This document shows, piece after piece, positions 55,108-64,000 of a stretch of DNA of 64,000 nt (position 1 is the stretch's first letter; every line of letters starts with the position of its first letter). The notes under the pieces were generated by a model. It was not told the origin of the DNA. It made no database searches and worked only from the letters and a program-made list of their open reading frames with translations. Source of the stretch: an uncultured bacterium. Its GTDB lineage: Bacteria > Acidobacteriota > HRBIN11 > JAKEFK01. The translations under genes were made by a program, and so were the position numbers. The DNA is taken from assembly GCA_963777505.1 (NCBI GenBank), contig CAVZQN010000011.1:128001-192000 (forward strand), written 5' to 3'.

Positions 55108-56639
55108 CTCACCGCAAGGACTCAAAGATCAAAAATATGTTGTTAGCAATCCTGGCCGGCTTATTAAACATTGCTATTTTTCCACGAATTGATCAGGGCT
55201 GGATCACGTTGTTTTGTTTTGTCCCTTTGTTTTGGCTCACACGCACTCACACTCCAGGAAAGTTATTTCTATACTTCTGGCTTGCAGGCGTCGTATTCCG
55301 TTTGGGCAACCTGTACTGGATCATTCATGTTATCCAGCATTATTCGCAGCTGATGCCGGTTGTTGCAGGCGGAATCGTTCTGTTGCTTTGCCTTTTTATG
55401 GGTGCGTTATGGGGACTTACAGGTTTGTTACTTGGATGGATCCGGAACAGGCTTGGATTTGGCTCGGCAATGCTTGCAGCGCCTTTTCTCTGGGTTGGCT
55501 TCGAAGCACTTGTGAATGTCCTGCAGTTCCCCTGGGATCTAACGGGCTACAGCCTTTACAAATACTTACCTGTTGCGCAGCTTGCAAGCATTACTGGAGT
55601 GTATGGCCTTACATGGCTCATCGTTGCCTGGAATGCGGCGTTGACCGATTGGCTTGAGCGAAAAGAATGGCACTATATTAGTAGTATTACAGTCATAATA
55701 CTATTAACGGCAGGCTGGGGTTACTGGCGGATCTCGCAGCCGATTAAGGGTCTCGAGCTAAAGGTGGGTATTGTTCAAGGAAATATTCCGCAGGACGTGA
55801 AGATCAACTATGAGTTTGCGGAGGAGGTCAATGAAAAACACGTAACGATGACGCGATCCCTGGCCCGCGCTGCTCGTCCGGACATCATTTTCTGGTCGGA
55901 AGCTTCTACATTATTTCCTCTGCTACAAGGCGGAAATTGGTCGGCTCAGATTACGGATCTTGCCAAACAAGAAAGCATTCCGCTTTTTGTTGGCAGTGAT
56001 GCCTACATTGGTGATCGTGTGTATAACAGCGCATTCTTGATCGATGTAAAAGGCAATATCCTTCCACTTCGCTACAGCAAAATGTATCTTGTCCCATTCG
56101 GCGAATATGTGCCTTTCGAAAAGCTGCTATTTTTCGCAGGTAAGGTAGTGCCAGAGATTTCCGATTTTACAGCCGGCGAAAATCATACGTTATTCCCATT
56201 AAAAGGCAGAGAGTTCGGAGTGAATATTTGTTTCGAAGTTGTATTTCCGCAATTGTCCCGCACATTTGTCCAAAAAGGCGCTTCGTTGCTGACAACCATT
56301 ACAAATGATGCATGGTTCGGAAAATCTTGCGCTCCCTATCAGCATTTTGCGATGGCTTCGATGAGGGCAATTGAAAACAGGCGCTATCTTGTACGCGCGG
56401 CGAATACCGGTATCAGCGGAATTGTTGACCCATACGGCCGCGTCCTTCAAAAAACCGATATCTTCGTTCCTGCCGTACTCTCAGGCCGAGTTCAGTGGAT
56501 TGATGGACAAACGGTTTATACAAAACTAGGCGACGCAATTGTCTATCTTTCACTCGCTATGGGGGGCATTGTCCTGCTCTTTGCGCTATTGAGCGGTGAT
56601 ACGAATTCCGAGCCGGATGTCGAAGAAGATTCGACGTGA
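55104..56639 (+). CDS. lnt: apolipoprotein N-acyltransferase
   Basis: FPW, VQGNIPQ, WSEA, YSKMYLVPFGEYVP, ICFE, TNDAWFG, QHF, RAIENRR, RAANTGIS. Confidence 0.96.
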   Translation: MTHRKDSKIKNMLLAILAGLLNIAIFPRIDQGWITLFCFVPLFWLTRTHTPGKLFLYFWLAGVVFRLGNLYWIIHVIQHYSQLMPVVAGGIVLLLCLFMGALWGLTGLLLGWIRNRLGFGSAMLAAPFLWVGFEALVNVLQFPWDLTGYSLYKYLPVAQLASITGVYGLTWLIVAWNAALTDWLERKEWHYISSITVIILLTAGWGYWRISQPIKGLELKVGIVQGNIPQDVKINYEFAEEVNEKHVTMTRSLARAARPDIIFWSEASTLFPLLQGGNWSAQITDLAKQESIPLFVGSDAYIGDRVYNSAFLIDVKGNILPLRYSKMYLVPFGEYVPFEKLLFFAGKVVPEISDFTAGENHTLFPLKGREFGVNICFEVVFPQLSRTFVQKGASLLTTITNDAWFGKSCAPYQHFAMASMRAIENRRYLVRAANTGISGIVDPYGRVLQKTDIFVPAVLSGRVQWIDGQTVYTKLGDAIVYLSLAMGGIVLLFALLSGDTNSEPDVEEDST

Positions 56640-58940
56640 TTCCCGAGCATCATGAATGAGGAAGATGTTTTCGTTGAATCAACGCTGGCTAACCCTTTAC
56701 ACCAAAGTGTACTTTTCCGGAAAAGTGACTTGAAAACTCGTTCCCCGATGACGATCTACTTTTAATGAACCGTCCAATTGCTTAACTAGTGAACTTATGA
56801 TCTTTAAGCCGAGTTTGTCAGCACTGTCCGGTGCAATTGATGATGGAAGGCCCTGGCCGTCATCGTTGACCGAAAATATGATTGAAGTTGGTTGTTTCTT
56901 CTTTCTAGCCTTAACGCGCTTTATACTTACTGTGATTTTACCCTTATTACCCTCAGGAAACGCGTGCTTGAGTGAGTTTGACAATAGCTCGTTAATAATC
57001 AATCCACAAGGTATGGCCTGATCCATTTCCAAGTAGATATCTTCAACTTCCAATCGCAACTGGATTACTTTTGGATTGGCATTGTAAAACGTGAATAGAA
57101 CATTTGCCAGATCTGTGATGTATTCATTGAAATGCATTTTCCCCACTCGTTCAGACTCGTACAATTTCTCATGAATCAGAGCCATCGATCTGACACGATT
57201 CGCGCTTTCTTTGAAGGCCTCAACTGCGGAATCGGAATTATGAAGGAATCGAGATTGCAGACTCAACAAACTTGTTATGACCTGAAGATTATTCTTGACT
57301 CGGTGGTGGATATCTTTCATCAGGGTGGAGGAAGCTTCCTCCAAACGTTTGCTATCCGTGATGTCCTCAATTGCCAACAGGATAAACTGTTCCCGCGTCT
57401 TGCCTTGTTCAATCTTCCTCGCGTTTAATAACAGAATCCTGTGGCCTATTTTCGGGAAATCGTGCTCGATAGAAAACTTTATCAACTCCATTTCGCTTTG
57501 AAAAGCGTCCTCTAGCCTTTTCCTTAAATCAGGCACAGCCCAACTTTTCTCATCGATATCTAAAAAATATATGCCCTGGATTTTTTCCGAAGAGAGTTGA
57601 AACTTCTCGTAGAATGCGGGATTAGCATTGTAAACCCTGAGATTCTGATCCAGGATAATGAGAGGCTCACGAACGGTCTCTATGACCGCCCGCGCAAAAT
57701 CCCGTGTTTCTTGAACTTCAGTGACGGTCTGATCCAGTTCCAGGTTGCGGGTCTGGAGTTCTTCATTGAGCGTTACAAGTTCTTCATTGCTCGATTCAAG
57801 CTGTTCCTTGGTCGATTCGTATTCTTCATTCGTACTTTGTAGTTCTTCATTCGCTGATTGCAACTCCTCATTTGCAGAAGTCATTTGCTCATTCAGGTGC
57901 CCCAGTTCCTCAATATTTGTCCGCATGTCTTCTTTCATATCAGCAAGCTGCTGCTGCAGTTGTGAAATAATTCGATCCTTAGTATTTGACCCCTTTTTTT
58001 TTCTTAAAGCCGGTTGGAGATTTTTGTCAGCACCGTTGTCTTCCAACATAATTAAAAACACGCTCTGGTTGGAAGAGGAATCTTGAAGCGGAACTTCTTC
58101 AATGCTGATACTCTTCGTGTGTCCATCGATCCGAACAGCGACCCTTTCTTTTCGCGATGGTGACATCTTTCTTTTGACACTCTGATGGAGCATGCGCAGA
58201 TCCATTCGCAAATCTTTACGCACCATCTTTGTAAGTTCTAAACTGGCTTCACCTCTGGAGGGCTCTAGAAACTGGGCTACTGCGCCCCGAAAAGCAAGAA
58301 TGTTCATATTTGAATCGACCAGAAAACCTGAGTGTCTATACTTGTCCAAAACAAAGCGATCCGCTTCCCTTTCCCAGTCGATAGTTGGATAAGCCTTCTC
58401 CTTATTGGAGGGTTCCCAGCCTGTTTTGGCATGATGACTCGTTGTGAAAGGAACGCGAAGACGTGGCGCCACCACACGCTTTGAATAAATTCGATGGGTC
58501 TTGTCTACAGTTTGAAAAAGCTGCGGGACGCTGTTTGTTGACTCCGCTTTTCCCAGAAGAAGAAAGCCGGACCGTTTTAAACTGTAATGAAAAGTAGTTA
58601 GAACTCTCTTTTGAGCCGGCTTCGCAAGATAAATTAAGACATTGTTGCAGCTGATTAAGTCCATTTGGGAAAATGGCGGTTCTCCGATTAGATCATGTTT
58701 TGCAAAGACACATATTTCTCGAATCATTTTGACAATTTGATAGCTGTTTTCACGCTTCGTAAAGTAGTTTTTAAGACGTTCCGCGGAGACTTTCTTTTTG
58801 ATGCTTATTGGATAGACCCCTGCGCGAGCTTTTTTAATTTCTGATTCGCTGATATCAGTAGCAAAGATTCTGAGATCGTGCGAATCGCTTTAGAAACCGC
58901 CTGATGCAACCTCTGGTCCTGATGTCGAAGAAGATTCGAC
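56616..58940. repeat. 20-bp direct repeat GATGTCGAAGAAGATTCGAC at 56616-56635 and 58921-58940
   Basis: Identical 20-mers; the first is the lnt 3' end. Confidence 0.9.
56697..58889 (-). pseudogene. 5'-truncated CheR-PAS-histidine kinase (HisKA_2) fusion
   Basis: Open frame begins mid-CheR (LRIFATDISESEIKKARAG) directly after a TAA at 58890-58892 and lacks CheB and the GCSTGEE motif. DIHHRVKNNLQ, NELLSNSLKHAF and DDGQGL are intact. Confidence 0.85.
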
Positions 58941-59040
58941 TTTAACTTCTTAGAGTTACTACAAACAATTCATTGCTAAACTGACAGCATAAAACTACGC
59001 CTGAAATATCTTTCGATTGACCATGAATCAGAGGTGGAAA

Positions 59041-59283
59041 ATGAATATCGAAGATAGTAGAAAGGCAGTTCTGTTGTGGAGCATCGCTTACGGACATGAA
59101 GAAATTACCGACCGTTTATTGGATGCTGGGGTTAAAGTTCCAGATGTTTCCGATGTCTTTTATATCACTATAAACGGCGTTCCTGCCTGCCGGGCGGATC
59201 TTGCGCTTCTGGGTCAGTTTTCAGGATCGGCATGTCAGCACATGTCTTTACGCCGTAGCATTGAGCTTCGAAATCAACTATAA
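59041..59283 (+). CDS. short protein with one ankyrin-like repeat, possibly a remnant
   Basis: LLWSIAYGHEEITDRLLDAGV; GAGGTG RBS. Confidence 0.45.
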   Translation: MNIEDSRKAVLLWSIAYGHEEITDRLLDAGVKVPDVSDVFYITINGVPACRADLALLGQFSGSACQHMSLRRSIELRNQL

Positions 59284-59406
59284 AGCAATCTATAACGCAG
59301 CAGTCGTTGCTGTCGTTGCTGGATCATGTCCTACCAAGGTGTCCTTCCTTCAAGCTGCATAAATCGTTAAGATATCTCTTTACATCTTTGCGATTTAGGA
59401 GGAATG

Positions 59407-60505
59407 ATGGATCAGGATCCCAAGCAGTTATTCGAAGAAATCAAAGGTAAAGTTTCCCACCTTCGAGGTTATCTTTGAAATCGAATCAAAACAAAAAGAA
59501 TTAGCCTCACTGGAAGAAGTAGTCAGCGCTGAAGAGTTCTGGAAAGATCAACAGAAAGCACAAGAAACGCTTCAAAAGCGAGCTCGACTCAGCGAAGTCA
59601 TCGAACAATTTCAAAAATACCAAAAGCATCTGGACGATCTGCAGGTGTGGTTTGAGCTTTCTGAAGAAGGTGAATCTGTTGAATCAGAAATTTCAAATGG
59701 GCTTCAATCGCTCCAAAAGGAAGTTGATGGTGCCGAGATTAAAGCCCTTCTTTCAGGTGAAAATGATCATTGCAACGCCATTTTGACTATTCATCCGGGT
59801 GCAGGCGGAACCGAATCGCAAGATTGGGCTTCCATGCTGCTGCGAATGTATCTGAGGTGGGCCGATCGCGATGGATATCAAGTACAAGTCATTGATTCAA
59901 ATCCTGGAGAAGAAGCAGGCATTAGCCGTGCAACAATCGCTATAAATGGAACCAATGCGTACGGCTATCTTACGGCTGAAGCGGGTGTGCATAGACTGGT
60001 TCGAATTTCTCCATTTGATGCAAACAAGCGGCGTCACACTTCTTTTGCCAGCGTATTTGTGTACCCGGATATCGATGACAATATCGAAGTCAAAATTGAA
60101 GATAAGGATCTGAAGATCGATACATATCGGGCTGGAGGTCCAGGCGGACAACACGTCAACGTTACAGATTCCGCGGTACGGATCACCCATTTGCCAACTG
60201 GAATTGTTGTTCAATGTCAGAATGAACGTTCGCAATTTAGAAATCGTGAAGTTGCAATGAAAGTTCTCCGAGCGCGTCTTTATGAACATCATAAAGAACA
60301 ACAAATGGAGAAACTTCAGGCAATCGAAGACACAAAAATGGAAATTGGTTTTGGCAGCCAGATCCGTTCGTATGTTTTGGCTCCTTATCGCATGGTAAAA
60401 GACCATCGCACCAAACATGAAACCGGCGATGTAGATCGTGTACTTGATGGCGATCTTGATGACTTCATCAAGTCGTATCTTTTAACTAAAAAAGAGAAGA
60501 AGTAA
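59407..60505 (+). CDS. prfB: peptide chain release factor 2 with programmed +1 frameshift at 59473-59478
   Basis: AGGAGG RBS; GAGGT-TAT-CTT-TGA-A slip site; GAGGTES, ISPFD, GPGGQ, SQIRSY. Confidence 0.97.
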
Positions 60506-60885
60506 TGATCCTTGGAATTGGAACTGATGTAATTGAGGTCGCCCGGATCAAGCAAGCGATCGATAAGTATGGTGAGCGTTTTATGCGCCGGTTGTTTACT
60601 GCAACGGAAATTGAGTATTGTACTGCCCGAAAAAATGCATCCCTTCATTATGCCGGTCGATTTGCAGCGAAAGAAGCTGCGTTTAAAGCAATGCAGCGCG
60701 GTTGGGGTGGCGAAATCAGCTGGAAAGATGTAGAAATCACAAATCTATCTTCCGGGGCTCCCCAAATTGCGTTTCATGGGAAAGCTCTTGAAGTTGTCAC
60801 GGAAAAGAAAATGACGCGAGCGTTCGTTTCTATCTCACATGTGGAGGAAATTGCCACTGCGATAGTGATACTCGAAGCAGAATAG
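60505..60885 (+). CDS. acpS: holo-[acyl-carrier-protein] synthase
   Basis: GIGTD, AGRFAAKEA, VSISH. Confidence 0.96.
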   Translation: MILGIGTDVIEVARIKQAIDKYGERFMRRLFTATEIEYCTARKNASLHYAGRFAAKEAAFKAMQRGWGGEISWKDVEITNLSSGAPQIAFHGKALEVVTEKKMTRAFVSISHVEEIATAIVILEAE

Positions 60886-60890
60886 GTTTC

Positions 60891-60948
60891 TTAACGCCGA
60901 GTACGCCGAGAAAATATTTAATTAAAAACTCGGCGTCCTCTGCGTTAA
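60891..60948. repeat. palindromic repeat (AACGCCGAG-type)
   Basis: TTAACGCCGAGTACGCCGAG ... CTCGGCGTCCTCTGCGTTAA. Confidence 0.75.
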
Positions 60949-60962
60949 AAAAAAGTTGAGGA

Positions 60963-60991
60963 TTGCCACAGGGTGAAAATTCCTGTACGAT
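60963..60991 (+). promoter_or_regulatory. sigma70-like promoter of sulfatase-like gene
   Basis: TTGCCA-17 bp-TACGAT. Confidence 0.5.
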
Positions 60992-61010
60992 TTACGGTTT
61001 TTTGGTTCCT

Positions 61011-62732
61011 ATGAAAAAAGCTTTACTGTTCCTTTTGATTTTAGCCGGCATTTTAGCGGGCATTCATTCGTTTTATTCGTACCGGAAGTACAACGTAATC
61101 CTGATAACGATTGATACACTTCGTGCGGATTACTTGAGCTGCTACAACCAGGCAGCACCCAAAACTCCATACATCGACAAAATTGCAAGTGAAGGTGTGC
61201 TCTTTAATCGTGCGCATACTCAGATTTCGATTACTTTGCCGGCTCACGCATCCATGTTGACTTCACATCATCCACACGACTTGCGTCTGTTTAATAATGG
61301 CGACGTCTTTAACGGCAAAGAAGACATGATTACCGATGTCTTGAGAAAAAGGGGTTATCACTCTGCGGCTTTTGTATCTCTCGGAGTTTTGAAGAGTTCG
61401 TTTGGGCTAGGTCGAGCATTTAAGGAATATGAAGACAATTTTGACAAACTGAATGGCCGATATTACAAACTGGCTTCTGAAATGAATGATCTTGCGTTGC
61501 CATGGCTGGAGAAAAATAAAGATGGACGCTTCTTCGCATGGATTCATTACTCGGATCCGCATGAACCGTACATCACAGTGGACGCGCCGCCGGACACTGA
61601 AATTTTTGCGAATGGGGAATCGGTTGGTAAATATGTTCTGGCTAAGAAAGAAAAGATTGCTGTAAATTTCACCGCAAAACCTGGAGAAAACAAGATTGAG
61701 CTTTTGGGATTAGTTCCGCGAGGACCGAAAAAAGTTCAGATTGCCGAATCGATGCGTTTCGTAGAGCCGGAAATATTCGTCAATCCTTCTGATGGCTTTC
61801 AACTTGAATTTGGCCCTGAGTTTAAAGATGTAAAACTTTCAACCGGTGCAGATGCGCGTTATTTTGCCCAACATGCAACGATGAAATTGAACAACAATTC
61901 AGGACGTGAACAATCTGTTCAGCTGCGTTTTGCGGGAGGAGTTTATCAACAACGCACTGATATAGTGCGCAAAAATTATGCTGCGGAAGTTCAATACGTT
62001 GATAAATACATCGGTGAACTTTGGGGACGTCTCGAAAAACTTGGTCTGTTGAAGAACTCAATTGTAATTCTTACGGCTGATCACGGGGAAGGCTTGAAGA
62101 CTCATGGAAACCTTGGTCATGTTGAACGTCTTTATCAGGAAACGATTCGAGTGCCTCTTATTGTTTATTATCCAAATTTAGGAAAGCGCGCGGAGGTCGC
62201 AACTCCGATCGTGAATCACCTTGATATCATGCCCACTGTTCTGGATCTACTGCATGTGAAGCACAAAGGAACAATGCACGGATTGAGTTTGAAGCGTTAC
62301 ATCAGTTGGTCGCCGATCGATTGGCTTACGTCGCGTGAAATTAATCGCCCACGAACTTATACCGCGACTTATGCTCCGGAAGCGCGTGTGAATTCGTTTT
62401 CGATGGTGGAAGGCAATATGAAGTTGATCCATACGCCGAACAAATCGAAATGGCAGTGGGAAGCTTATGATCTCAAGCAGGATGCAACTGAGCGAAACAA
62501 TCTTGCCGCAAAGGATGTAAAACGTTTTACTAGCACTGAAATTTGCCGTCTTCGTCGAACACTGGAAGATTTTCGGCATGATGCTGAAGCCGCCCACGGC
62601 AAACGTGCGAATCCAAAACTTGATACCGAACAGCAAAAAATGTTAAGGGATTTAGGATATATAGGTGGGTACGAGAACGCTCCTAAAGTAAAACCGAACA
62701 CACAAGAGAATCCTTTGAAAGATTGCAATTAG
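61011..62732 (+). CDS. membrane-anchored sulfatase-like (alkaline phosphatase superfamily) protein
   Basis: ITIDTLRAD, TLPAH, HYSDPHEPY, TADHGE, LRDLGY. Confidence 0.88.
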   Translation: MKKALLFLLILAGILAGIHSFYSYRKYNVILITIDTLRADYLSCYNQAAPKTPYIDKIASEGVLFNRAHTQISITLPAHASMLTSHHPHDLRLFNNGDVFNGKEDMITDVLRKRGYHSAAFVSLGVLKSSFGLGRAFKEYEDNFDKLNGRYYKLASEMNDLALPWLEKNKDGRFFAWIHYSDPHEPYITVDAPPDTEIFANGESVGKYVLAKKEKIAVNFTAKPGENKIELLGLVPRGPKKVQIAESMRFVEPEIFVNPSDGFQLEFGPEFKDVKLSTGADARYFAQHATMKLNNNSGREQSVQLRFAGGVYQQRTDIVRKNYAAEVQYVDKYIGELWGRLEKLGLLKNSIVILTADHGEGLKTHGNLGHVERLYQETIRVPLIVYYPNLGKRAEVATPIVNHLDIMPTVLDLLHVKHKGTMHGLSLKRYISWSPIDWLTSREINRPRTYTATYAPEARVNSFSMVEGNMKLIHTPNKSKWQWEAYDLKQDATERNNLAAKDVKRFTSTEICRLRRTLEDFRHDAEAAHGKRANPKLDTEQQKMLRDLGYIGGYENAPKVKPNTQENPLKDCN

Positions 62733-62956
62733 CTTTGCGTCTTAATCTCCCACTCCACTCATCCAAACTTCATTTTGATGTCGCCGAAGACTACTACAAC
62801 AATAAAAACTTCTTACGATGGTAGGGCGTTGTTCTCTGACTAAATTTGCTAACACACGAATATTGGTTTTCAAAACGAAAATTCGTAGTGCCAAAAAAAT
62901 AAACTTCAGAGTGCGCAGGAAAGTTGTGCCCTGAGAAGACAAAAGGAGTTCCATAA

Positions 62957-63697
62957 ATGAAGAACGAAAAAGACGAAAAAAATAGAGGACTTGATCCCAC
63001 ACCAGACAGTAATCCTGATCCGATCACAGGCGAAAAAGGTGCGCATCCCGTGGGTGTAGCAGCCGGTGGAGCCGGTGGTGCGGCAGCAGGAGCGGCAATC
63101 GGTGCGGCAGTAGGCGGACCGGTTGGAGCAGTCGTTGGCGGAGCTGTAGGAGCAGTTGCTGGTGGTTTAGCTGGAAAAGGTGCTGCAGAAGCGGTGAATC
63201 CCACTGTTGAAGAAGCATATTGGAAAAGCGAATTCCAAAATCGTCCGTATTACAAAGGTGGAACAGAATATGACACGTATCAGCCTTACTACAAATACGG
63301 ATATGAATCTGCTGGCCGTCCGGAGTTTCGTGGACGTAAGTACGAAGAAGTAGAACGTCAGCTCGAATCAGAATGGCCGACTAATCGCGGTGAATTCAAT
63401 GAATACAAAGGTGCAACCCGTGATGCTTACGAACGAGCTTCGTCCTCTCTAGAACGAGCCGGCAGTGAAACTGCTGATAAGTCTGACGCCATTTGGGACC
63501 AAGTAAAAGGAAATTGGAAACAGGCAAAGGGCGCCATAAAAGAAAAATGGAACAGACTAACGGATGACGATCTAGAAGCAATGGAAGGCAGACGCGAAAG
63601 GATCATCGGAAAAATTCAAGAAAAATACGGTGAAGCAAAATATACTGCAGCCGATATCGAACATGAATTGAACGATGTCTATTTGACGAGAAAATAA
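62957..63697 (+). CDS. glycine-zipper stress protein with C-terminal CsbD domain
   Basis: NPDPITG..HPVG, G/A zipper, EEAYWK, GNWKQAKGAIKEKW..LTDDDL..IQEKYG; AAGGAG RBS. Confidence 0.88.
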   Translation: MKNEKDEKNRGLDPTPDSNPDPITGEKGAHPVGVAAGGAGGAAAGAAIGAAVGGPVGAVVGGAVGAVAGGLAGKGAAEAVNPTVEEAYWKSEFQNRPYYKGGTEYDTYQPYYKYGYESAGRPEFRGRKYEEVERQLESEWPTNRGEFNEYKGATRDAYERASSSLERAGSETADKSDAIWDQVKGNWKQAKGAIKEKWNRLTDDDLEAMEGRRERIIGKIQEKYGEAKYTAADIEHELNDVYLTRK

Positions 63698-63706
63698 GAA
63701 TTTGTT

Positions 63707-63740
63707 GAAGTGACGGATCCAGGTATCCGTCACTTCTTTC
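63707..63740 (+). terminator. intrinsic terminator
   Basis: GAAGTGACGGAT ... ATCCGTCACTTC-TTTC. Confidence 0.75.
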
Positions 63741-63847
63741 TCTTATCAGTTCTCATCATTTGAATCGACGGTTATCCCGCCATAATATCTATTAAATTGA
63801 CAAAAAGCCCAGATCCGCGTGAACCCCATAAAAATGTTTATGGGAAA

Positions 63848-64000
63848 TTGCGAGGCATACTATTTACCTTCTTCAATGCCTTGGGCTGGAAAGAGGATGA
63901 TGTAAAACCAGCCCTTTCTGGCGCGACGCTTTTGTTCTCAATTGTCGCCGCTTTTGTTGTTCTAAAAACAATTCGAGACGCCACGTTCCTGAGTTCCTAT
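63848..64000 (+). CDS. Npt1/Npt2 (TLC) nucleotide-transporter-like membrane protein, N-terminal fragment
   Basis: Manual translation ...ATLLFSIVAAFVVLKTIRDATFLSSY, with the KxxRDAxFL motif; runs off the window. Confidence 0.55.
   Translation, partial: MRGILFTFFNALGWKEDDVKPALSGATLLFSIVAAFVVLKTIRDATFLSSY

Noticed and set aside
62794-63218. Pro/Ala/Thr-rich minus-strand ORFs
   Set aside because: Antisense shadows of the glycine zipper in the CsbD-domain gene.

Overview
Bacterial chromosomal window, most likely Acidobacteriota. This is an inference from the Oar-type TonB receptor, the Ser/Thr kinase-TolB-TPR protein, the MlaD-OmpA fusion and the lnt-prfB-acpS order. Housekeeping genes (proS, addAB, cls, mlaFED-like, lnt, prfB with its programmed +1 frameshift, acpS, tRNA-Leu-CAA) are interleaved with stress and signalling genes: CheB/CheR fusions, single-domain receivers, a PAS-GGDEF-EAL protein, DUF892, CsbD, CBS, a LigD polymerase domain and a glycogen debranching enzyme. 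No integrase, complete transposase, CRISPR array or rRNA is visible. The most unusual observations are: (1) a mirror-image duplicated module (small zinc-ribbon protein plus a receiver ending in LFY) on both sides of an acidic TonB-dependent receptor next to tRNA-Leu, followed by YHS and 12-Cys microproteins; (2) a 20-bp duplication of the lnt 3' end bracketing a 5'-truncated CheR-PAS-kinase gene; (3) a catalytically degenerate MshEN-PilB ATPase between a SPOR gene and lnt; (4) at least three families of intergenic palindromic repeats, one pair of which brackets a small gene; (5) a metallopeptidase/ATP-grasp pair; (6) candidate sRNAs and leaderless genes. Several single-base frameshifts in short homopolymers suggest assembly indel errors, so pseudogene calls are tentative. 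All family assignments come from motif recognition by eye; no database search was run.
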